From: Vulcanimicrobiota bacterium
GTDB taxonomy: Bacteria; Vulcanimicrobiota; Vulcanimicrobiia; Vulcanimicrobiales; Vulcanimicrobiaceae
Direction: 5' to 3'
Assembly: GCA_963733295.1 (NCBI GenBank)
Contig: CAVTCS010000003.1
Span: 1,568,001-1,632,000 of the forward strand
Length of the DNA stretch: 64,000 bases
Part shown: positions 1 to 11,033 of the stretch, one piece after another
Layout: each line of letters opens with the position of its first letter
How positions within the stretch are numbered: position 1 is the first letter of the stretch
Position numbers and translations under genes: made by a program
Notes under the pieces: model-generated
Seen by the model: only the letters and a program-made list of their open reading frames with translations
What the model was told of the DNA's origin: nothing
The model's database searches: none

Positions 1-153
1 GTCGCACGCACCGCAGCGATACGTTCCATCCGCCTTGTTGAAGTTGAGCTCGCCGCTGAAAGGGGGTTCGGTCGCAGCTTGACGCAGGACTGCGTAACGC
101 TCGGGATCGAGCTTCGTACGCCATTCGGTATCGGGCTTCTCAATGCGATTCAT
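1..153 (-). CDS. msrB: Peptide-methionine (R)-S-oxide reductase, N-terminal part (runs off the window edge)
   Basis: Manual translation MNRIEKPDTEWRTKLDPERYAVLRQAATEPPFSGELNFNKADGTYRCGACD shows the MsrB N-terminal pattern (W..L...Y.VLR...TE.PF.G, G.Y.C..C). Not in the ORF track. Confidence 0.9.
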   Translation of the reverse strand, partial: MNRIEKPDTEWRTKLDPERYAVLRQAATEPPFSGELNFNKADGTYRCGACD

Positions 154-191
154 GCGGGGTGCTTCGCTTCACGGCAGCGGCATCCCGCGTC

Positions 192-1244
192 TCACATCAT
201 GCGAAAGCCGTGTGCCGGCGAACCGCCCGCCTCGACGGGTCCCGGTGCGCGATCGGGCGTTTGCATCCAGGGCATGAGAGCGCGCAGTTTCTTACCGACT
301 TGCTCGATCGGATGGGTAGCCCAGCTCGTGCGGAACGCACGAAAGCGCGGCTTGCCCGCCGCGTGCTCGGCGACCCACTCTTTCGCAAACGCTCCCGACT
401 GAATGTCGCTCAAGAGTTTGCGCATCGCCTCCTTCGTCTCCGCGGTCACCACGGCATCACCCCGTGTGTAGTCGCCGTACTTCGCCGTGTTGCTGACGGC
501 GTCGCGCATGCCTTCGATGCCGCGTTCGTACATCAAGTCGACGATCAGTTTGACTTCGTGCAGGCACTCGAAGTACGCCATTTCGGGGGCGTAGCCGGCT
601 TCGACGAGGGTTTCGAATCCCGCGGTTACGAGACGCGTCAAGCCGCCGCACAGGACGGCCTGCTCGCCGAACAGATCGGTCTCGGTCTCTTCCTTGAAGG
701 TCGTTTCGAGGACGCCCGCCCGTCCGCCGCCGATCGCGCTCGCGTAAGCGAGGGCCACCTCACGCGTGTCGCCGGCCGGGTCTTGCGCGACCGCGATCAA
801 ACAAGGCGTCCCGCGGCCCGCTTCGTATTCGCTGCGCACGAGCCGTCCCGGCGCCTTCGGCGCGACCATAAAAACATTGGCCCCAGGCGGCGGCGCAATC
901 GTTCCGAAGTGGATTGCGAAGCCGTGCGCGAAGGCGAGATAGGCGCCGGGCCGTAGGTTCGCCTCGATGCTTTTCTTGAAGATCGCGGGTTGCTCTTCGT
1001 CGGGTGCGAGCAGCATGACGACGTCGGCGCGGCGCGTCGCAGCCTCGACCGAGTCGTGCGGAATCCCGTCTTCGGCGGCCGCGTGACGCGAGGACGAACC
1101 CTCGCGCAGTCCGGCGACGACGTCGCAGCCGCTGTCGCGCAGGTTACGCGCATGGGCGCGACCCTGACTACCGTAGCCGATGATCGCAATGGTCTTTCCG
1201 CGGAGTTTCTCCGGCTTCGCGTCGCCGTCGTAGAGGGGCTTCAT
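192..1244 (-). CDS. ilvC: Ketol-acid reductoisomerase
   Basis: [38 protein letters not shown] and AYFECLHE motifs. Confidence 0.97.
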   Translation of the reverse strand: MKPLYDGDAKPEKLRGKTIAIIGYGSQGRAHARNLRDSGCDVVAGLREGSSSRHAAAEDGIPHDSVEAATRRADVVMLLAPDEEQPAIFKKSIEANLRPGAYLAFAHGFAIHFGTIAPPPGANVFMVAPKAPGRLVRSEYEAGRGTPCLIAVAQDPAGDTREVALAYASAIGGGRAGVLETTFKEETETDLFGEQAVLCGGLTRLVTAGFETLVEAGYAPEMAYFECLHEVKLIVDLMYERGIEGMRDAVSNTAKYGDYTRGDAVVTAETKEAMRKLLSDIQSGAFAKEWVAEHAAGKPRFRAFRTSWATHPIEQVGKKLRALMPWMQTPDRAPGPVEAGGSPAHGFRMM

Positions 1245-1456
1245 CGGGACATCTCCTTATCGTCGTTGCAGAGGCGTATGAGTTGAGCGTAGAGCCGGCG
1301 CAGCGCGTCGGGCGCTCCAACCAACTCCAAAGTGGCCTGGTAACGATCGTTGCGGGCGCGCACGTCGACGCGGGTGTAAGCGCAACCCAGCCGGCCGATC
1401 AAGCCGACGACGCGCTCGAGCACGCGCCAGTCGTGAAGTTCGAGCGTGATGCTCAC
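1241..1456 (-). CDS. Small ACT-domain protein, probable acetolactate synthase regulatory subunit (IlvM/IlvN-like, 71 aa)
   Basis: GTG overlaps the ilvB stop (GTGA) and the stop overlaps the ilvC ATG. Sequence [23 protein letters not shown] resembles the IlvM-type ACT start. Confidence 0.75.
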   Translation of the reverse strand: MSITLELHDWRVLERVVGLIGRLGCAYTRVDVRARNDRYQATLELVGAPDALRRLYAQLIRLCNDDKEMSR

Positions 1457-3162
1457 GCGAGCACCTGCTCGGGCTCCGCCGCGGGCCCGAGAGCCTCGTG
1501 GACGCTGCCGCCGGGAGGAATGAGCGGCCAGCAGTTCTCCGCGGGAAAGCACTCGCAGTGGAGCAGCATCGCCTCCCGAGATTCGAGGAAGCGCTTGAGC
1601 GCCCCATCCAGTTCGCCGGGCTCGCAGACGGCCTCGGCGCGCACGCCGTATCCGCGTGCGATCGCGACAAAGTCCGGATTGTCGGACAGGTCCGTTGCAG
1701 AGTAACGCTGCTCGTAGAAAAGTTCTTGCCATTGCCGCACCATGCCGAGGCGGCGATTGTCGATGAGCAAAATCTTGACCGGCAAATCGTAGCGTCGCAG
1801 CGTCGCCAGCTCGGCCAGCGCCATCTGGAAGCCGCCGTCGCCGACGACTGCGATGACCTCGCGTCCCGGATGCGCGAATTGGGCGCCGATCGCAGCCGGC
1901 AGGCCGAAGCCCATCGCGCCGAGTCCCGCCGAGGTCAGGAAATCGCGTGGATCGCCGGCGCGTTGCCGTTGGGCGGCCCACATCTGATGCTGGCCGACGT
2001 CGGTTGCCACGATCGTGCCGGGTGCAAGCGAGGCGAACAAGCGATCCAAGACGTCGGTCGCGGAAAGATCGTTCTCGGGCGCCCGGTCGACGGGCAGCGC
2101 TCCGCCGAGCGACCGCGCGCGCTCGGCCCAGCTCGTGAACACCGGCATCTCGCACGCTCCGAGCCGGCGCAGCAGATGCGTGAGCGTCTGGCGCAAGTCG
2201 CCGCGCAGCCCAACTGCAACGGGCACGATCTTGCCGATTTCCAAAGCGTCGACGTCGGCGTGGATGAAACGGGCGTTGCGGGCGAACTTGTCCGGCCGGC
2301 CGGTCACGCGATCGTCGAAGCGCATCCCGAGCGCGAGCACGACGTCGGCCTCGGCGACGGCGATGTTCGCGCTCTTCCAACCGTGCATCCCGAGCATGCC
2401 GAGGAAATGCGGATCGCCCGGCGCCGCGCAACCGAGTCCGTTGATCGTCGCGGTGTGCGGAAGATCGAGTTGCGCGCAGAGTTTGCGGAAAAGGTGTACC
2501 GCCTCGGCGCTGCGTACGCCGCCGCCGGCGATCGCAACCGGCCGTTGTGACTGCCGCAACAGTGCGACGGCCTCATCCAGCGACGCGTCGTCCGGGCGTT
2601 GCGCGGGCGGGTAGGCGGCACGGCGCCCGAACGGATCGAACGGCGCGACCGCCGCCTTCAAGACGTCCTGCGGAATGTCGACGAGCACCGGACCGGGACG
2701 CGGACCCCGGGCCACGCGGAAGGCCGCGCGCAGCGTGCGTTCGAGCTCGGCGGCGTCGCGCACGCACACGCTGCGCTTCGTGACGGGCCCGGCAATCGAA
2801 GCCACGTCGGCTTCCTGAAAAGCGTCGGTTCCCATGACCGCCGTGCGCACTTGACCGGTGATCGCGACCACGGGAATCGAATCCATCTGCGCGTCGAGCA
2901 AGCCCGTGATCAAGTTCGTTGCGCCGGGGCCCGAGGTGGCGACGCAGACGCCGACGCGACCGCTCGAACGCGCGTAGCCGCCCGCGGCGAAAGCGGCCGC
3001 GGCTTCGTGCCGGGTGAGGACGTGCAGCAGTCCGTGGCCCAAGAGCGCATCGTATAACGGCATGATCGCGCCGCCTGGATAGCCGAAAATCGTTTCGACG
3101 CCTTCATCGGCGAGAACGTCGAGAACGAGGCGTGCGCCGGTCGATCGGCCGGTTTCGAGCAC
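1453..3162 (-). CDS. ilvB: Acetolactate synthase large subunit
   Basis: FGYPGGAIMP, RHE, ATSGPGATN, DVGQHQMW and GDG...N ThDP motifs; operon context with ilvC. Confidence 0.96.
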   Translation of the reverse strand: MLETGRSTGARLVLDVLADEGVETIFGYPGGAIMPLYDALLGHGLLHVLTRHEAAAAFAAGGYARSSGRVGVCVATSGPGATNLITGLLDAQMDSIPVVAITGQVRTAVMGTDAFQEADVASIAGPVTKRSVCVRDAAELERTLRAAFRVARGPRPGPVLVDIPQDVLKAAVAPFDPFGRRAAYPPAQRPDDASLDEAVALLRQSQRPVAIAGGGVRSAEAVHLFRKLCAQLDLPHTATINGLGCAAPGDPHFLGMLGMHGWKSANIAVAEADVVLALGMRFDDRVTGRPDKFARNARFIHADVDALEIGKIVPVAVGLRGDLRQTLTHLLRRLGACEMPVFTSWAERARSLGGALPVDRAPENDLSATDVLDRLFASLAPGTIVATDVGQHQMWAAQRQRAGDPRDFLTSAGLGAMGFGLPAAIGAQFAHPGREVIAVVGDGGFQMALAELATLRRYDLPVKILLIDNRRLGMVRQWQELFYEQRYSATDLSDNPDFVAIARGYGVRAEAVCEPGELDGALKRFLESREAMLLHCECFPAENCWPLIPPGGSVHEALGPAAEPEQVLA

Positions 3163-3179
3163 TCTGAGCTCCCCTTTGC

Positions 3180-3216
3180 AAAAGCAAAAGCCCCTCGCCG
3201 GTTGGCGAGGGGCTTT
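3180..3216 (-). terminator. Attenuator terminator of the ilv operon
   Basis: Perfect 13-bp stem AAAGCCCCTCGCC/GGCGAGGGGCTTT followed by TGCTTTT on the minus strand, between the leader ORF and ilvB. Confidence 0.85.
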
Positions 3217-3240
3217 CGCGTATATTTCGAGTTCCGTGTC

Positions 3241-3318
3241 CTACGCGATAGCTCTCCGTCGCCCAACCGATGGCTGGCGAATAAGGCTAACTACGATTTG
3301 GAGCACTGCGCGGAACAT
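3241..3318 (-). CDS. ilv operon leader peptide MFRAVLQIVVSLIRQPSVGRRRAIA
   Basis: Val/Leu/Ile cluster (VLQIVVSLI) followed by a terminator. Its 3' end (GGCGA..GCT.TCGCG) is complementary to the terminator 5' arm region (CGCGA.AGC...TCGCC). Confidence 0.8.
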   Translation of the reverse strand: MFRAVLQIVVSLIRQPSVGRRRAIA

Positions 3319-3327
3319 CTGAGGCAG

Positions 3328-3357
3328 TGTGTACCACGTGACGGCTGCGGAAGTCAA
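3328..3357 (-). promoter_or_regulatory. Putative sigma70-type promoter of the ilv leader
   Basis: TTGACT-18 nt-TACACA, 9 nt upstream of the leader ATG. Confidence 0.5.
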
Positions 3358-3381
3358 GCAGACAGCTGCGATCTGTGGCGC

Positions 3382-3411
3382 TTGACGCGAACTCCGGCGC
3401 CGTGTTACGTT
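3382..3411 (+). promoter_or_regulatory. Putative sigma70-type promoter of the leu leader
   Basis: TTGACG-18 nt-(TGn)TACGTT, 7 nt upstream of the leader ATG. Confidence 0.6.
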
Positions 3412-3418
3412 GCCGCCT

Positions 3419-6588
<3,170 letters not shown>

Positions 6589-6592
<4 letters not shown>

Positions 6593-7119
6593 TCATCGAC
6601 GGATACGTCTTGCCGCTCGACCGCGCCGACATCGACACCGACCAAATCATCCCGGCCCATCTTTTGACCGGGATTGAGACGACGGGCCTCGGCCGCCATC
6701 TCTTTCGCGGCATGCCGGGCGGCCTCGAGCTTCTCGAAAGCGCGCATCCCAAGGCGAACGTCCTCGTGACCGGCGAAAACTTCGGGTGCGGGAGTTCGCG
6801 CGAACACGCGGCTTGGTCGCTCAAAGACCGGGGATTCCTGGCCGTCATCGCCCCCAGCTTCGCGCGAATCTTTCATGAGAACGCTTATAACAACGGGCTC
6901 GCGCCAATCGTGGTCGACCCGGCGCAGGTAGACGGCCTCTTGTCCGCAGAACGCCTGCACATCGACCTCGTCGACGAGACGATCGTTCACGCCGACGGTA
7001 CGATACTGAAGTTTTCGCTGGACCCTTTGCGCAAGCAGTTTCTGCTCGAAGGCGGCTATATGGAGTTCATGGCAAAGCGCGTCGGAAAAGTTCGTACTTG
7101 GCTCGAGGCTCGCGCGTGA
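6589..7119 (+). CDS. leuD: 3-isopropylmalate dehydratase small subunit
   Basis: DIDTDQIIP and NFGCGSSREHA motifs; ATGA overlap with leuC. Confidence 0.95.
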
Positions 7120-8234
7120 CGAAAACCGTCGCGATCTTGCCCGGCGACGGCATCGGCGCCGAGGTGACCGTGGCGGCGACGCGAGTTCTTCTCGCGTTGC
7201 GTCCGGACGTCGAATACGCGCACGGCGAAGTCGGCGTCAAACCCCTCGAGCGCGATGGAACCGCGTACCCTCTCGCGACGCGCGAACTCTGCCGGCGCAG
7301 CGATGCGATTCTCTTCGGCGCCGTAGGCGATCCGCGCTACGACGCGGCACCCTCGGGAAAGCGTCCCGAGTTCGCGATCCTGCAAATTCGCAAAGACTTC
7401 GATCTGTTCGCGAACCTGCGTCCGGTGAAAACGATTCCCGGCTTGGAATCAGCTTCTTCGCTCAAACCTGAGTTGGCCCAGAACATCGACCTCGTCGTCG
7501 TGCGCGAGACGACCTCCGGTCTCTACTTTGGGAAACCCAAAGAGACGCGTCACATCGACGGCGTCGAAACGGCGACCGACACGCTCGTCTACCGGCGCCC
7601 CGAGATCGAACGCATCGCGCGCGTCGCCTTCGAGCTCGCCCGCAAGCGGCGGGGCCACGTCGCGTCGATCGACAAAGCCAACGTTCTGGAGAGCGGCAGA
7701 CTCTGGCGCAAGGTCGTTACCGAGCTTCACGACAGCAGTTATTCCGACGTTTGGCTGACGCACGTTCTGGTGGACAACGCCGCGATGCAGCTGCTGCGCG
7801 ACCCGCACAGCTTCGACGTGCTGCTCACCGAGAACACCTTCGGCGACATCCTGAGCGACGAGGCCGCAATGTTGACCGGATCGCTCGGCAACCTTCCCAG
7901 CGCCACCCTCGGAACGAAGGGCGACGAGCGCGCACGCTTTGGCTTGTACGAACCGATCGGCGGAAGCGCTCCCGATATCGCAGGCCTGGGCGTGGCCAAT
8001 CCGATCGCCGCGATCTTGTCGGCAGCGCTGCTCTGCCGCTACAGCCTCGGCGACGAAACGAGCGCTCAACGCATCGAGAACGCCGTCGAGCGCACCGTTC
8101 GCGACGGAGCGCGCACGCGCGACCTCGTGCGCGAGGGTGAGCCCTTCTTGTCGACCGAGGCTTTTACCGAGCGTCTGCTCGCAGCACTGGCGGAAACGGG
8201 CGAAGCCTCGCCGGCGCTCTCGCTCGCGCGGTAG
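7116..8234 (+). CDS. leuB: 3-isopropylmalate dehydrogenase
   Basis: GDGIGAEV, NLRP, DKANVL, FGDILSD and GSAPDIAG motifs; GTGA overlap with leuD. Confidence 0.96.
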   Translation: MTKTVAILPGDGIGAEVTVAATRVLLALRPDVEYAHGEVGVKPLERDGTAYPLATRELCRRSDAILFGAVGDPRYDAAPSGKRPEFAILQIRKDFDLFANLRPVKTIPGLESASSLKPELAQNIDLVVVRETTSGLYFGKPKETRHIDGVETATDTLVYRRPEIERIARVAFELARKRRGHVASIDKANVLESGRLWRKVVTELHDSSYSDVWLTHVLVDNAAMQLLRDPHSFDVLLTENTFGDILSDEAAMLTGSLGNLPSATLGTKGDERARFGLYEPIGGSAPDIAGLGVANPIAAILSAALLCRYSLGDETSAQRIENAVERTVRDGARTRDLVREGEPFLSTEAFTERLLAALAETGEASPALSLAR

Positions 8235-8264
8235 ATTTCCCGGCCGGCCGGGAACGTGCTTGGG

Positions 8265-9596
8265 ATGAACCGAACGATCGGCGCCGCCGCGCTGGCCCTC
8301 GTCTTGCTGGCGCGCGCCCCGTTCGCGCTGGCCTCCACGCCCGCGCAAAGCACGCTCACGGGACTCGACATCATCGAGCTCGAGATCGCTTGGACGACGC
8401 TGATGTCGCAGTATTACCGGCCGTTGACCGGCGTCCAGTTGCTCGAGGGCGCGCGGAGCGGGCTCATTGCCTACTTGAAAACGCGCGGGGTCAAGAATCC
8501 GGTCATCCCTTCCGCCCCTGCCAACATCGATCGCTGGCAGGCCGAGGATCGCGTGGTCAGCGACGTCGTCTTCGCCGTCCGTCACTACCAAAAAGCGATC
8601 CGCAGCACCGACCTGATCGATGCAGCCGTCGCGGGCGAGCTGGCGTCGACGCACGATCCGTACACCGTGCTCTTCAAGCCGGAAGCCTATCACAGCTTCG
8701 TCAAGTCTCTCGACGGGTCGAAGTTCGGCGGAATCGGCGTTCAGCTCGCGCTCGACGGCGCGGGCGGGGCGGTGCGCATTGCGCAAGTCTTCCCCGCGAG
8801 TCCGGCCGAGAAAGCGGGGCTCGACGAGGGAGATCTGATCGCGAGCATCGACGGCAAGCCGGCCGCCGGCCTTTCAAGCGACGCGCTGCGCGCGCTGCTG
8901 CGCGGTGCGCCGGGTAGCGCAGTGAAACTTGGGATCGTGCGCGACGGCAAGGAACTGCCTCAGTCGGTGCAAGTCGTTCGAGCGCAAGTCGTGGCGCCCG
9001 ACGTGACGGGACGCCTCTTACCGGGCGACATCGGCTACGTCCGCCTGACGAGTTTCGGCGCGCAAGTCGGCAGCGAACTGGACGCCGTATTGGCGCGTCT
9101 CGGGGCACGCGGCGCACGCGCCTACGTGCTCGATCTGCGCGACAACGGCGGCGGTTATCGCGACGGCGCGATCCAGGTCGCTTCACACTTCATCGCGGCG
9201 GGAACGATCGTCTCGACGCAAGAGCGGCGCGGCCCCCCGACGGTCTACAAAGCGCTGAAGACGCCGACGATCGGGGCACCCCTCGCCGTGCTCGTCAACG
9301 GCGACACGGCTTCGGCTTCGGAGATCGTCGCCGGCGCGATCCAGGACTCGCACGCGGGAACCATCGTCGGCGTGCGCACCTTCGGGAAGGGACTCGTCCA
9401 GGAAGCTTTCCCGTTGCCCGACGGAGCCGGTATGAAGCTGACGGTCGCGCGCTACTTTACGCCGAGCGGCCGGAACATCGATGGCGTGGGCATTACGCCC
9501 GACGTCGTTCTTGCCCAACCAACGAACGCGCGAACGGGGCAACCCGGAAACGACCCGCAACTCGACCGGGCGCTGCAGATTCTGCAAGCGACGTAG
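8265..9596 (+). CDS. S41 family C-terminal processing peptidase with PDZ domain, signal peptide
   Basis: DPYT, GIG (PDZ), LDLRDNGGG, TASASEIVAGA and TFGKG motifs. Confidence 0.92.
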   Translation: MNRTIGAAALALVLLARAPFALASTPAQSTLTGLDIIELEIAWTTLMSQYYRPLTGVQLLEGARSGLIAYLKTRGVKNPVIPSAPANIDRWQAEDRVVSDVVFAVRHYQKAIRSTDLIDAAVAGELASTHDPYTVLFKPEAYHSFVKSLDGSKFGGIGVQLALDGAGGAVRIAQVFPASPAEKAGLDEGDLIASIDGKPAAGLSSDALRALLRGAPGSAVKLGIVRDGKELPQSVQVVRAQVVAPDVTGRLLPGDIGYVRLTSFGAQVGSELDAVLARLGARGARAYVLDLRDNGGGYRDGAIQVASHFIAAGTIVSTQERRGPPTVYKALKTPTIGAPLAVLVNGDTASASEIVAGAIQDSHAGTIVGVRTFGKGLVQEAFPLPDGAGMKLTVARYFTPSGRNIDGVGITPDVVLAQPTNARTGQPGNDPQLDRALQILQAT

Positions 9597-9623
9597 GCGC
9601 CGCGGTCTCGCGACGCTCTCGAT

Positions 9624-10034
9624 CTATTTTTCGACGTAAGCCTTAAAGTTGAATTGCCGGGCGTCGTTGTACGCGGTCCCGGTCATCTTACCGTTTTCGA
9701 AGGTTCCGTCGACCTGGATCCCGCCCTCCATCCCGAACCTCAGGTGAAGCTTCGTGCCTTGCAGCGTCCCGGTCACGGTAACGACGTGCGCTTGTTTGGG
9801 CGAATAACTGATCGAGTTCGGGGTGTAGTTGCCGGAGATGTTGCCTTGCGGGTTGATCGAGATGTTAAGCGTACCTGAGTAGGGCGCCACGGCGCTGCCG
9901 GCTTTCGCGGCGACGAGCGTCGCCTGCAGCGTGAGATTCTGAGTGGTCGTCGCAGCGCTGCCCCCGAGAGTCGCGAGCGAGAACGCCATCGACCCGAACA
10001 GGAAGGCAGCTGGAAAGCGGAGCTTCGCGTTCAC
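9624..10034 (-). CDS. Hypothetical secreted beta-rich protein
   Basis: GGAGG ribosome site before GTG 10034; signal-peptide-like N-terminus; Thr/Gly-rich beta-strand pattern. Confidence 0.65.
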   Translation of the reverse strand: MNAKLRFPAAFLFGSMAFSLATLGGSAATTTQNLTLQATLVAAKAGSAVAPYSGTLNISINPQGNISGNYTPNSISYSPKQAHVVTVTGTLQGTKLHLRFGMEGGIQVDGTFENGKMTGTAYNDARQFNFKAYVEK

Positions 10035-10099
10035 GGAACCTCCAAAGCCGGCACAACGCCGAGCCGTGAACGCTTCGCCGGTCGCACCGACGGTTACTA

Positions 10100-10927
10100 T
10101 CAGATCGGCGTCCGCTGGCTCACGTTGCGCGCGCGATGCCCAGCCTCGAATAGCGTCAACCAAAGGTAGGCACTTGAGACCCCAAATTGGGGCCAGTAGC
10201 CCGGCGGCACACTATTTTGTGCCATAGCGCGTCTCGTGATGCTCTCCGTCCACGCTTTCTTGGCCAGCGCTTCATTTCGAAGCGCTAATTCTGACATGCC
10301 CAGGTACAGCGAGGCGTCGGAGCCGTTGGGGAAAAGTTGAAGACACTTTTCAAAAAATGCCTTCGCCGCCGAATAACGACCCTCGCTTCCTGCGAGCAAC
10401 CCGGCGACGAGGAAATCGTAGTACCCGGAATCCGTCAGATGCGGGTCCTCGCCGACCTTCCACTGAGTATACTGAAGGTGAAACCAAGCGAACCCCTTCG
10501 CAAAGTTCCCGGTCGCAATGAGTCGCAGCCCAGGATTCGGCACGGCCACAGTCGGGTCGTCGAATGGGTTCGCGGGGTGTGCCGTGTGTTGATCCGCGAT
10601 GGCAGCGCGCCAGAGCGACTCGCCACTCGCAACCTTACCACGAGAAATGTCCTCGACACCGAATTTTAGCTCCGCGTCGATAACTGAGTCGAACGCAAGC
10701 TTTGCTCTGACGTTCTTCCCCGAGTCATAGTTCAAAAGTACAAGACGCCGCGTGACGGGGAGACACTTGCGTGTCAGGGCTGCCGGTTCAACAGCATATT
10801 CTTGGAAGTCATCAGACGCTGTAACAATCTTGACGAGGCGAGTCTCGCATCCGATTGCAGCTACAATCGAATGAGTTGGAGGCTTGCTATGCCACCCCAA
10901 GGCCAGAATCGCAGCGGCAACGATCAT
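10100..10927 (-). CDS. Hypothetical exported protein with C-terminal TPR-like helices; lower GC than flanks
   Basis: 275-aa ORF with hydrophobic N-terminus; GRYSAAKAFFEKCLQLFPN..DASLYLG is TPR-like. Confidence 0.6.
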   Translation of the reverse strand: MIVAAAILALGWHSKPPTHSIVAAIGCETRLVKIVTASDDFQEYAVEPAALTRKCLPVTRRLVLLNYDSGKNVRAKLAFDSVIDAELKFGVEDISRGKVASGESLWRAAIADQHTAHPANPFDDPTVAVPNPGLRLIATGNFAKGFAWFHLQYTQWKVGEDPHLTDSGYYDFLVAGLLAGSEGRYSAAKAFFEKCLQLFPNGSDASLYLGMSELALRNEALAKKAWTESITRRAMAQNSVPPGYWPQFGVSSAYLWLTLFEAGHRARNVSQRTPI

Positions 10928-10968
10928 ACCAATCTCGCGATTTTAACTACCCTCAGATCGGCGTCCGC
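10100..10968. repeat. 16-bp perfect direct repeat TCAGATCGGCGTCCGC at 10100-10115 and 10953-10968
   Basis: Read directly from the sequence; the copies bracket the low-GC gene. Confidence 0.8.
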
Positions 10969-11033
10969 AAACCGTGCGCCGGCGGGATGCGGAAGCGGCG
11001 AGCGCTGTGGTCGCGCGTCACTCTCTGGTCGAG

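Noticed and set aside
10090..10975. Integron cassette with attC sites
   Set aside because: No convincing RYYYAAC...GTTRRRY inverted structure and no integrase; only a direct repeat is supported.
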